Below, in pieces: positions 15,489-23,096 of a DNA stretch of 32,000 nucleotides (position 1 is its first letter; each line of letters starts with the position of its first letter). The translations under genes and the position numbers were made by a program. Source of the DNA: Micromonospora parva (GTDB lineage: Bacteria; Actinomycetota; Actinomycetes; Mycobacteriales; Micromonosporaceae); the NCBI RefSeq assembly GCF_040649675.1, contig NZ_JBEZFX010000001.1, forward strand, positions 1,111,095 through 1,143,094, in the 5' to 3' direction. The notes under the pieces were generated by a model. That model was not told the DNA's origin, did no database searches, and saw only the letters and a list, made by a program, of their open reading frames with translations.

Positions 15489-16294
15489 GATATATTAGGA
15501 TGCCCGCTCCCCCCCACCCGGAGTGGCTCAAAAAGGCGGCGGATATTCTAGCTGAGCTGGACGAGGCGTCAAGCTCAGATGAGCGGCATAAGATCATCGA
15601 CGACAACGCCGCGTTTTGGGGGCAACTGAAGCCTTGGCTACTTGAGCTGTCCCATAAGAAGTGCTGGTTTTCAGAGGCCAAGGATTGCTTCAGCCACTGG
15701 GACGTTGAGCACTTCAGGCCGAAGAAGTCCGCTCGCGGAATTAACGGCGAAACGGACGACGGATACTGGTGGCTGGCCTTCGACTGGCGCAACCTTCGAA
15801 TCTGTGGCACGGCTGGAAACCGGAAGAAGGGCACGTTCTTCCCTGTCCGCGAACTGACCCAGCGCGCGACCCGCGATAGTGATTTACGCGCCGAGCAGTT
15901 CGACCTCCTCGATCCTGCAGACGAAGAAGATCCCGCCCTTCTGTTCTTCAATGTTTTCGGTGATGCCATTGTTGCCCCGTACGTCACAGACTCATGGGAG
16001 CAGCATCGGGTGAAATACTCGATAGAGCGTTACAATCTCAATTCGTTTGAGGCGCTTCGCACGAAGCGGCAACAGCGATGGTCCGAGTGTTGGGGCTATA
16101 TCTGCGAGTACCGGAACGAACTAACGGCCTTCCAACGAGACTCGAGCAAGGTGATTGCCCGCGACCGTGCTAAACGACTGGCCGGAACGATCCGAGCAAT
16201 GCTTGGAGAGGACGAGGAGTTGTCGGCCGTTGCACGCGCTTGCCTTATCAGCGCCAATGACCCTCGTCTGTTCGGCTTCTTGCAAAGCAAATGA
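15485..16294 (+). CDS. ptuB: HNH (His-Me finger) nuclease, TIGR02646/PtuB-like
   Basis: TTGA overlap with the ATPase at 15485-15488; the alternative start is ATG 15500. The N-terminus LRYIRMPAPPHPEWL matches this family as I remember it. So does the core KKCWFSEAKDCFSHWDVEHFRPKK...YWWLAFDWRNLRICGTAGNRKKGTFFP (consensus C-x-Y-C-E ... EHF-x-PK ... W-x-NL ... C-x-x-CN-x-x-KG). Each CxxC pair appears reduced to one Cys. Confidence 0.7.
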   Translation: MRYIRMPAPPHPEWLKKAADILAELDEASSSDERHKIIDDNAAFWGQLKPWLLELSHKKCWFSEAKDCFSHWDVEHFRPKKSARGINGETDDGYWWLAFDWRNLRICGTAGNRKKGTFFPVRELTQRATRDSDLRAEQFDLLDPADEEDPALLFFNVFGDAIVAPYVTDSWEQHRVKYSIERYNLNSFEALRTKRQQRWSECWGYICEYRNELTAFQRDSSKVIARDRAKRLAGTIRAMLGEDEELSAVARACLISANDPRLFGFLQSK

Positions 16295-16299
16295 AGCGG

Positions 16300-16497
16300 C
16301 ACCTGATCTCCAGCCGCCGTTACTGCCGATACCGCCACCTTATCCGCAGGTCGCGCTTGAACGTAGCCGGGGTGATCGCTTACCTCGCCGTGGAGCGCGG
16401 ATTCCAGGACCCGCTTCGTCAACAGAGGAGCCGAGGCCTGCGAAAGCAATAGCCCCTGCCCAACGACAGCGCTGCAAACTAATTGGTCTTCTGATGC
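16300..16497 (-). pseudogene. N-terminal fragment of an IS256-family (mutator-type) transposase
   Basis: The minus-strand frame after a stop at 16498-16500 reads ASEDQLVCSAVVGQGLLSQASAPLLTKRVLESALHGEVSDHPGYVQARPADK. This resembles the IS256-family N-terminal block (GLL..LTKRLLESALEGE..DHLGY.KHDPAGK). Similarity decays after that, and no remainder of a transposase follows. The fragment abuts the 3' end of the HNH gene. Confidence 0.5.
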
Positions 16498-16637
16498 CTA
16501 CTGCGGCCGTTCTCCCTGTCGGGGCCGGCCGCCAGGGATGCCGCCGTACGGGTCCTGATTGCCTTCATTAGGTCACTCGCCAACACGGGGTCGACCAGGA
16601 GGTGGGCGCTGGCAACGACGGATGGCAGCCTCCGGGT

Positions 16638-18110
16638 CTATGCCGGCCTTGTTGAGCCACGTCGTCGCGGGACGACCGATGCGGTTGCTTCTGCCGCGGC
16701 ATGAGATAGCTCGGGTAGAACGTCGCCGTAGAACTTGGCGGTGAAGTGGGGGCTGGAGTGTCGGAGTCGGTTGGAGATGACTTTCATCTGGATGCCGGCG
16801 GCGAGTCCCATGGTGGCGGTGCCGTGGCGGAGGTCGTGGAGCCGGATGGGTGGTAGCCCGGCTTGCGTGGCGAGGTGGTGGAAGTGGTCGGTGACGTCGG
16901 CAGGGTGGAGTCGACCACCGGTGGGTGTGGTGAACACGAGTCCGGTGGTGGTCCAGGCAGCACCGGCGGCGAGGCGTTCGCGGTGTTGCCGAATGCGGTG
17001 GGCGCGCAGCACAGCGACGGTCTCAGTGTCGAGAGCGACCGCGGCCTCGCTGTCGGTGGTTTTCGGAGTGTCGATGGCGGTGGCCCAGCCGTGTTGGACG
17101 AGTTGCCAGCGAACGGTGAGGGTGGCTGCGTCGAGGTTGAGGTCGTCCCAGTGCAGGCCGCAGGCTTCGCCGCGGCGGAGGCCGGTAAAGGTGACGAGGT
17201 GGTAGAGGGCGTAGAGCCGGTCGCCGGCGTCGTGGGTGTGGTCGAGGAATCTGCCGGTGTGTTCGGGGGTCCAGATCATGACGGGGCTGGGGGTCTTGCC
17301 GGTGTCGCGCCAGGTGCGGATGCGTTGGTCGGTCCAGATGGTGGGCTTGGGTGGTCGGGCGGTGGGTAGTTCGACCATGAGGGCGGGGTTAGTGTCGATG
17401 TAGCGGTGCCGGCGTATCGCGTCGTTGAGGGCCTTGCGCAGGGTCGCGTGGATGACGTGCAGGGTCCGGTTGCCGACGATCCGCCGGTTCTTGACCTGGT
17501 CACGTTTGGCGGGGTCGCGGCTGGCCCGCAGGGCGGCGACGGTGGTGTTGCGTTCGGCGATGGCGTCGTACATGGCGTCGATGTGGCCGGGGCGGAGCCG
17601 GTCGATGCGTAGGTGGCCGAGGTGCGGGATCAGGTACAGCCGGATGTGCCCCTCGTAGGAGCGCAGGGTGCCGGTCTTGATGTTCTTGCGTCCGGCGAGC
17701 CAGTCGGTCAGGTACGCCTGCATCGTCGGGAGTTCGGTGGGGGTGATGTCCAGGTGCAGCGTCCGCCGAACCTGGTCCGGGGCGGGAACCGGCGCGCCGG
17801 TCTTGATGGCGGTTTCGATCAGGTCGCCGGTCTTGACGGTGGTGTGCGCGTCGGTGGGATCGGGGACGGCGAGCGCGGCCCGGATCCGGTCCAGGACGGC
17901 GTCCGCGTCGGCCTGGGTGGCGTAGGGGCCGTGACGGAGTGGACGGCGGGTGCCGTCGGCGCGGGCGGGCACTTCGATTTGCCAGTGCCAGTGGCCGTGG
18001 GTGCGGGACCAGCCGCCGCCGGGCCGGCGTAGCTGGGGACAGGAGCGTCCCAGTCGCCGGCCCGTGACGCTGTCGCGGCAGCCGCAGCGTTTGAAGGTGG
18101 ATCCCTTCAC
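16638..18110 (-). CDS. int: Tyrosine recombinase / integrase (second, unrelated copy)
   Basis: Track ORF of 490 aa with a GTG start. The N-terminal MKGSTFKRCGCRD...RTHGHWHWQI is typical of actinomycete element integrases. Catalytic pattern: FTGLRRGEACGLHWDDL (Arg), HDLRHGTATM (H-x-x-R), RLRHSSPHFTAKFYGDV (His...Tyr). Confidence 0.9.
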   Translation of the reverse strand: MKGSTFKRCGCRDSVTGRRLGRSCPQLRRPGGGWSRTHGHWHWQIEVPARADGTRRPLRHGPYATQADADAVLDRIRAALAVPDPTDAHTTVKTGDLIETAIKTGAPVPAPDQVRRTLHLDITPTELPTMQAYLTDWLAGRKNIKTGTLRSYEGHIRLYLIPHLGHLRIDRLRPGHIDAMYDAIAERNTTVAALRASRDPAKRDQVKNRRIVGNRTLHVIHATLRKALNDAIRRHRYIDTNPALMVELPTARPPKPTIWTDQRIRTWRDTGKTPSPVMIWTPEHTGRFLDHTHDAGDRLYALYHLVTFTGLRRGEACGLHWDDLNLDAATLTVRWQLVQHGWATAIDTPKTTDSEAAVALDTETVAVLRAHRIRQHRERLAAGAAWTTTGLVFTTPTGGRLHPADVTDHFHHLATQAGLPPIRLHDLRHGTATMGLAAGIQMKVISNRLRHSSPHFTAKFYGDVLPELSHAAAEATASVVPRRRGSTRPA

Positions 18111-18508
18111 TCATCGTCTCCTGGATGCTTCGTATGGTGCCGCCAGCGGTGCCGGGTGGAATCCGCTGGCGGCGGGGTCATCGCATCCACGCTCACCTTC
18201 GCGTCGGCATCAAGTCGCCCACCGCTGGCCCCGTTGGGTTCGGGTTGGAGGAGGTAGAGAAGGGCGGCGACCGGGACGATGATGCGGCTGCCTGCCCGGA
18301 TTAGCGGGACGGGGAACTGGTTGGTGGCGGCGAGCCGGTAGGCCTGGGATCGGCTGATCCCGAGCACGGACGCGGTGGTGGCGAGGGTGGTAGTCACGCC
18401 GAGGGCACGGATGCGCTCGATCGTCCACACCCGCCCGACGCTGGGCGCGGTGGTGTTGTCGGTCGTCGTGCGGGTTGTCTGGTCAGCGGGGTTCGTTGGG
18501 CTGTTCAT
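18107..18508 (-). CDS. xis: Excisionase-family HTH protein
   Basis: Start placed at ATG 18508 (MNSPTNPADQ...), with AGGAGAA 8 nt upstream. HTH segment: TTASVLGISRSQAYRLAATNQFPVPLIRAGSRIIVPVAALLYLL. GTGA overlap with int at 18107-18110. Confidence 0.75.
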   Translation of the reverse strand: MNSPTNPADQTTRTTTDNTTAPSVGRVWTIERIRALGVTTTLATTASVLGISRSQAYRLAATNQFPVPLIRAGSRIIVPVAALLYLLQPEPNGASGGRLDADAKVSVDAMTPPPADSTRHRWRHHTKHPGDDE

Positions 18509-19415
18509 GATCAGGCTTCTCCTGGTTGTGAGATGAATAGCTGTGCGGTAGGAGCGGGGTAGCCCTGTCGGGCTCGACCGGCGCAGGGGTGGCTGCTCCG
18601 CCACCATCGCGCCGCTCCGGTACGCGTCGCTCCGGTGACAGAGGCGGTGATGTCGGGTTGGTCGGCATGACCGGGCTCACGATCAGTCCGGGTAGTGCCG
18701 ACGACTCGACCTTGAGGGTCTTGAGCAGTTCGGATATTCGGGTGTTGGACACGGTGTGACCGTCTGCGCGGAGGGCTTCGGCGAGTGCTGCGCGGGTCAG
18801 TGCCTGGCCGTCTGCGGAGAGCCGGTCTCGGACTTTTCGCGCCGCTGGCAGCAGCTCGGTCACCGCGCGGGGCGGCTGCGGGGACGGTCCCCGGTCCGCT
18901 CGCCGCCGCCGTTCCCGTCCGCCCCCGTGACGACGAGCATCCGATGAGCGGACGGTCCGGTTGCTGGACCGCTCCCCCGCCGTGACGGCGGACCGCACGG
19001 TCTCGTCCGGTCCGCTGTCCGGACGGGTCCATCCGGCCTCATCCGGTTGGCAGTCCGCAACCGCCACGGCAGGGGCGGGCGTGGCGGTGCTGGTGCGGCC
19101 GAGGGCGATCTTGACCATGACGAGGAAACCGAGCGCGGGTACGGCGGCGGTGATCCACCCGATGACCGAGGGTTCGGCCTCGACGACCTGCGCTGCCAGG
19201 GACAGGGTGACCGCACACGCCAGCACGGTCGCCGGGAACACGGTGGAGGTGTGAGCGCGTTTGCGGCGGCGTAGTTCCAGGCCGGAGGCGATGGACATCA
19301 GCTCCAGGACGATCGCGTCGGCCCAAGCCAGCCAGCCGGGTTGGCCGTGCGCGGCGGCTACGTTGTGCACGTGGGTGAAGCTGGCCGCTCCGGCTGCGCC
19401 GCCAATGGCCAGCAT
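18483..19415 (-). CDS. DUF2637-like membrane protein (Spd-type, common in actinomycete integrative/conjugative elements)
   Basis: Track ORF of 310 aa. The N-terminal half has 3-4 TM spans and the pattern AASFTHVHNVAAAHGQPGWLAWADAIVLELM. The C-terminal half is charged and disordered, with an HTH-like stretch LTRAALAEALRADGHTVSNTRISELLKTL. It overlaps the xis start by 26 nt. Confidence 0.6.
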   Translation of the reverse strand: MLAIGGAAGAASFTHVHNVAAAHGQPGWLAWADAIVLELMSIASGLELRRRKRAHTSTVFPATVLACAVTLSLAAQVVEAEPSVIGWITAAVPALGFLVMVKIALGRTSTATPAPAVAVADCQPDEAGWTRPDSGPDETVRSAVTAGERSSNRTVRSSDARRHGGGRERRRRADRGPSPQPPRAVTELLPAARKVRDRLSADGQALTRAALAEALRADGHTVSNTRISELLKTLKVESSALPGLIVSPVMPTNPTSPPLSPERRVPERRDGGGAATPAPVEPDRATPLLPHSYSSHNQEKPDHEQPNEPR

Positions 19416-19657
19416 GATGACGACCTGGACGACGCCCTCGACGCGGCTACCCCGCAGCCCCGCGTTCGGGTCAGTGGCCGGTGCCGTCGTGGTCCATCAC
19501 CTCCTCGACCCAGACCGGAACAACGAGCCGTCCGCCTGTCACAAGAGGCCGGACCGGATGGCGGACCGACCCGGCGTCGGACAACCATCGGGACGGGGAC
19601 CGCACGTCGGCCGCGGACCGCCCGCCGCAGCCGCTGGACCGGGATGCGGTCCCGCGG

Positions 19658-19730
19658 CTGTGAGAGCGGACGTTCGGTGCTCTCACAGATCTGTCAGCAC
19701 CGGCCGAGCTGGTCACGACAGATCCGTGAC
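19658..19730. promoter_or_regulatory. Cluster of palindromes between the DUF2637-like and replication-relaxation genes
   Basis: CTGTGAGAGC (19658-19667) pairs with GCTCTCACAG (19679-19688). There is a perfect 10-bp palindrome ACAGATCTGT (19685-19694) and a near-copy ACAGATCCGT (19718-19727). The near-copy is embedded in GTCACG-ACAGATC-CGTGAC (19713-19730). Confidence 0.6.
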
Positions 19731-19796
19731 AGACGCCGGCCGTTGCTGTCCGATCCGCAGCGGAGGTACTGTCCGCCGCCGTCGTGTCGTCGCCCA

Positions 19797-20684
19797 TCAC
19801 GCGGCCTCACCCGCCCGGCTAGAGACGTCAACGACGTAACCGGCCAGATCAGCCAGCCGCAGCCGCTGCCCTTCTCCGCCGGCCACGGCCCACACCGCCT
19901 CCGCTGGGCCCAGGCCGGCCGTCGCGGCGTGGTCGCGAGCACCGGTGGCCACCGGCAACGGCAGCGGCACGTCGGCCAGCACGCGGCGCAGGTTGCGCTC
20001 CCGGGCGGCCGAGTGCAGCCAGAACAGCACCGGCCATGCCCGCCCGAGCGTCCCGAACAGCTCCTGATAGCCGTTGACCTTGCCGGCCAGAATCGACAAC
20101 TGCTCTGCGCCGGTGTCGTACTCGACGAAGAACGGCACCTCGACACCGTTGTCGACCCACCGGCCGTAGCCGTCCGGGCGCACCCGCGGCTGATACGCCC
20201 GCACCAGCCCCGGATCCTGCCGGCTGGTGAACGTACCGGCGAGCTGGCACACCGCCTCCGGCAACCACTCCACCAGACCGGTGCCCGGACGGGTGCGGGC
20301 GTACCCGGCCAGGTCGGTGAAGAACCCGCTCACCCCCAGGCGGTGGGCGAGGCTGCGCGTTGACGTCCAGCGCCGCCGCTCCACCCGGGCGTGGTCGCGC
20401 CGCGGTGGGCGTTCGTCCCGGCTGGCCGCGACGACCTCTGCGCCGAGCTGGTCGATGACGTAGTGGTACGGGTACGAGCCGCCGTCGGCCCGCTGTGGCC
20501 GGAACCGGGCCACCAACCGCAACCGGTACAGGGTCCGCAGCCGCCGTTGACAGAAGTCCAACGACGGGAATAAGGCGTTCGCGATTTGGAACGACGTCAA
20601 CACGCCGTGGTCGTACATCCAGCCCAGCAGCACCCGGTCACGGCCGGTCAGTTGGGACTGGACCCGAAGGACGGGATCATCCAC
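19797..20684 (-). CDS. Replication-relaxation family protein (Replic_Relax-like)
   Basis: Track ORF of 295 aa. It has an N-terminal wHTH (LTGRDRVLLGWMYDHGVLTSFQIANALFPSLDFCQRRLRTLYRLRLVARF...YPYHYVIDQLG). It also has the C-terminal block VRPDGYGRWVDNGVEVPFFVEYDTGAEQLSILAGKVNGY, characteristic of this family. Confidence 0.75.
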   Translation of the reverse strand: MDDPVLRVQSQLTGRDRVLLGWMYDHGVLTSFQIANALFPSLDFCQRRLRTLYRLRLVARFRPQRADGGSYPYHYVIDQLGAEVVAASRDERPPRRDHARVERRRWTSTRSLAHRLGVSGFFTDLAGYARTRPGTGLVEWLPEAVCQLAGTFTSRQDPGLVRAYQPRVRPDGYGRWVDNGVEVPFFVEYDTGAEQLSILAGKVNGYQELFGTLGRAWPVLFWLHSAARERNLRRVLADVPLPLPVATGARDHAATAGLGPAEAVWAVAGGEGQRLRLADLAGYVVDVSSRAGEAA

Positions 20685-21171
20685 GGGCTACCACCTCCTC
20701 TCCAGGTAGGGGATGCCAGCCCCAGGGGGAGAGACCCGAGACCAGGCAGGGGTCTGTCGCAGGACAAGCCGACGGAGCTGACAGCCGGGCTGGCCTGCGG
20801 TGTGAGAGGAAAGAGGGGGTCGGTTCGGGGGTCCGGCTGAAGACTGACGTCAACGCTGACGCCAAGCCCGACCCCCAAACGGGGATCAAGCCGGAACTCG
20901 TCACTGCCAGTGCCTACGGCAGTAGGTGAAGGTGTCGGCGAGAGCACGGAAACTCCTTGGTTGAGGGTGTGGAATGTGGTGCTGATGGCGTGGTCGGGTC
21001 ACCACAGCGCCGTTGGAGCGAGAAGGGCCGGTGAGATGCATCCCGGCGCCGGCCCGACGGTGGTCGCCACCCCAGCGGCGCACGCCTGGCGGGAGTGGTA
21101 GCGAAACGATTGGACTTGGGGTAAGCGCGCAGAGGTGGTTGGTGGCGGGGTGAGGGCTAGCCTTTTGGGTC

Positions 21172-21684
21172 ATGTCCGCCCCTGCACCGCATCCGTTGCT
21201 GTTCCTCGACGTCGACGGCACCCTCATCCCGTTCGGAACACCCACGGCGACTCAGCCCGGCATGCCGCATGGCTACACCGAGGCACCGGTCCTACCGGCC
21301 GACGCCCATCCCCTGCTGGACAGGGTCGATCCGGAACACGGCCGCCGGCTGGAGTCCCTACCGTGTGACCTGGTTTGGGCGACGACCTGGATGAACGACG
21401 CGAACGACGTGCTCGCGCCCCTGCTCGGGCTACCGCCCCTGCCGGTTGTGGACTGGCCCGACTCTGACGAGGTTGGCGTCCTGCACTGGAAGACCCGTGG
21501 GCTGGTCGAATGGGCGCACGGACGCCCCTTCGTCTGGGTCGACGACGAGATCTCTCACGCCGATCAGCAGTGGGTATTGGCTCATCACCACGCCCCGGCC
21601 CTGCTGCATCGGGTCGACCCACGTCGCGGGCTGACCGAGCACGACTTCACAGTCATCGAGAGCTGGCTCATGCAGGCGCGGTAG
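21172..21684 (+). CDS. HAD-superfamily hydrolase-like protein
   Basis: Track ORF of 170 aa. HAD motif I is LLFLDVDGTLIPFG. Later motifs are VWATTW and an acidic motif FVWVDDE. Confidence 0.65.
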   Translation: MSAPAPHPLLFLDVDGTLIPFGTPTATQPGMPHGYTEAPVLPADAHPLLDRVDPEHGRRLESLPCDLVWATTWMNDANDVLAPLLGLPPLPVVDWPDSDEVGVLHWKTRGLVEWAHGRPFVWVDDEISHADQQWVLAHHHAPALLHRVDPRRGLTEHDFTVIESWLMQAR

Positions 21685-21768
21685 AGCGAGTTCCGAGCCG
21701 TCGCGGGCGCCGCGCTTGACGGCTGTCTGCCAGTCGGGACCGCCGCTGGTGAGATCCCGCACCATGCC

Positions 21769-21792
21769 GTTGGCGTTGGCGTTGGCGTTGGC
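21769..21792. repeat. Hexanucleotide microsatellite (GTTGGC)x4
   Basis: Read directly: GTTGGCGTTGGCGTTGGCGTTGGC. It lies in the convergent intergenic gap between 21684 and 21821. Confidence 0.9.
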
Positions 21793-21820
21793 GGTGTCCG
21801 GGGGTCGTGACGTCGTGCGG

Positions 21821-22618
21821 TCACGATACGACCTCGATGAGGCGACACCTGCCGATGTTCCCCGGCACCTGCCATACCTGCTCGTCCGGCCAGTGGCGAT
21901 ACAACAGCTGCCGCGTGGTCGTGGCGACAACGTTCCGCAGCGGCCCACAAAGCAGGTCGTCCCGCAACCGTTCCTCCCGCTCGGCATCCTGAGCGATCAC
22001 CAGAATCGCCCCGACCGGTACCAGCCGGTCCGCACGCCGGTAGCCGGCCAACAATCCACCCAGCCCCGACGCCGGCCGCTCGTGCTCGGCGACAACGTCG
22101 CCGATCGGGCCACGATCGACGTGTACCAGGAACCGCAGGCACCGCCCGTCCTGTAGCCAGACGCCGTAGCCGTCGGCCCGCAGCCGCGCCAGGTCGTGCT
22201 GCCGCAACCACGACGAAGTCTCCGTCGTCGGCAGCCACTGGAACAGCTCGCGCAGCCCCGGGTTGCGCCGCGACACCTCGACTAACGGCAGGAACAGCAG
22301 AGCATCCGCCCGACCGGAGGACCGCTGACCCAACCGCAACGGAACCGGCCGCCCCGACGCCGTCAACGCACGCCGGAGCACCTCCGTCCCTTCGGCCGTC
22401 ACCTCGTACCACCAGGTATGGGTCCGGTCTTCCGGCAAGCGCTCGCGGTTCACCAGTCCCGACTCGTGCAGCCACACCAGGTCTCGGTGGGCCGTCAGCC
22501 GCGACGCCGCGCAGACAAGCGCAACGTCCATCGTCGACGCGGACCCATGCTGCGCCAGGTACGACAGGATTCGCCACCGCCGCGGAGACAACCGCCGCGT
22601 GGCGCCCCGTTCACCCAT
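21821..22618 (-). CDS. Second, diverged wHTH / replication-relaxation-like protein
   Basis: Track ORF of 265 aa. It has the same architecture as 19797-20684: an N-terminal wHTH (LSPRRWRILSYLAQHGSASTMDVALV...HRDLVWLHESGLVNRE...WWYEVTAEG) and a C-terminal block LRADGYGVWLQDGRCLRFLVHVDRG. Confidence 0.55.
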   Translation of the reverse strand: MGERGATRRLSPRRWRILSYLAQHGSASTMDVALVCAASRLTAHRDLVWLHESGLVNRERLPEDRTHTWWYEVTAEGTEVLRRALTASGRPVPLRLGQRSSGRADALLFLPLVEVSRRNPGLRELFQWLPTTETSSWLRQHDLARLRADGYGVWLQDGRCLRFLVHVDRGPIGDVVAEHERPASGLGGLLAGYRRADRLVPVGAILVIAQDAEREERLRDDLLCGPLRNVVATTTRQLLYRHWPDEQVWQVPGNIGRCRLIEVVS

Positions 22619-23096
22619 CCCCCGATGATCCTCCGGGCGCCGTCAGTCCGACATCCCGTTCCCGGCAGCCCTAACAGGGAGTAGTCGACGCGCCAACCCG
22701 GAGATCGAAAGATGGGACCACTGTGACCGGAGACAGCGCTCGAGGTGGGCCGTTGGACGAGACATCGGCGGGACGTGCGAGCACCCACATACCCAAACCG
22801 TGGTTTCGGGGCCGATTTTGGAGATCACTGTTCAGCAAATCAGCCGAAGAGCTGAGGACAGAAAACGCGTAACAGTCAAATCGGACCACCATTAGTTGAT
22901 CTCCATGATCGGCACCGCACTGCAGCACTGATCTCTCAGAGGCGCGCGACAAGCCCATCCCGATTCGGCGATGACGCGCCACGCACCGACACGGTGGTTA
23001 CTGAAAGTAATGACGCTAGGAGCGTGTCATGTGTCATCCTTCTGTAGCGGACTTCAGCGCCAAGGGCAGGCCCGTAGGGTCGGTCGGGTGGCCGAG

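Larger units (their letters stand above)
16638..22618. mobile_element. Small integrated element or remnant: int-xis, DUF2637-like, two Replic_Relax-like genes; boundaries not resolved
   Basis: Inferred from gene content only. No FtsK/TraB-type translocase, Rep or relaxase was recognised, and no clean flanking direct repeat was found. Confidence 0.45.

Noticed and set aside
16528-16538. An 11-bp match (GCCGCCAGGGA) to the tRNA-Lys fragment (10228-10238), near the 3' end of the second integrase, as a possible second att copy.
   Set aside because: Identity stops on both sides. An 11-mer of this composition can recur by chance in GC-rich DNA.
16571-16610. A degenerate direct repeat between 16571-16610 (TAGGTCACTCGCCAACACGGGGTCGACC...) and 22682-22712 (TAGTCGACGCGCCAACCCGGAGATCGAA...), as attL/attR of the second element.
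   Set aside because: The match is only about 75-80% identical, with gaps, over about 30 bp by eye. att cores are normally identical. It needs a computed dot-plot before being believed.
10946-18110. An hsdR gene, or remnant, belonging to the type I system.
   Set aside because: No ORF on either strand shows helicase motifs (DEAD/DEAH, Walker A of SF2) or a PD-(D/E)xK region. Only the IS256 stump lies downstream.
19471-19800. A 109-codon minus-strand ORF between the Replic_Relax and DUF2637-like genes.
   Set aside because: It has no recognisable motif, a Ser/Arg/Ala-rich composition and a weaker third-position GC bias. It is built across the palindrome cluster. It is kept only as an alternative explanation in the findings.
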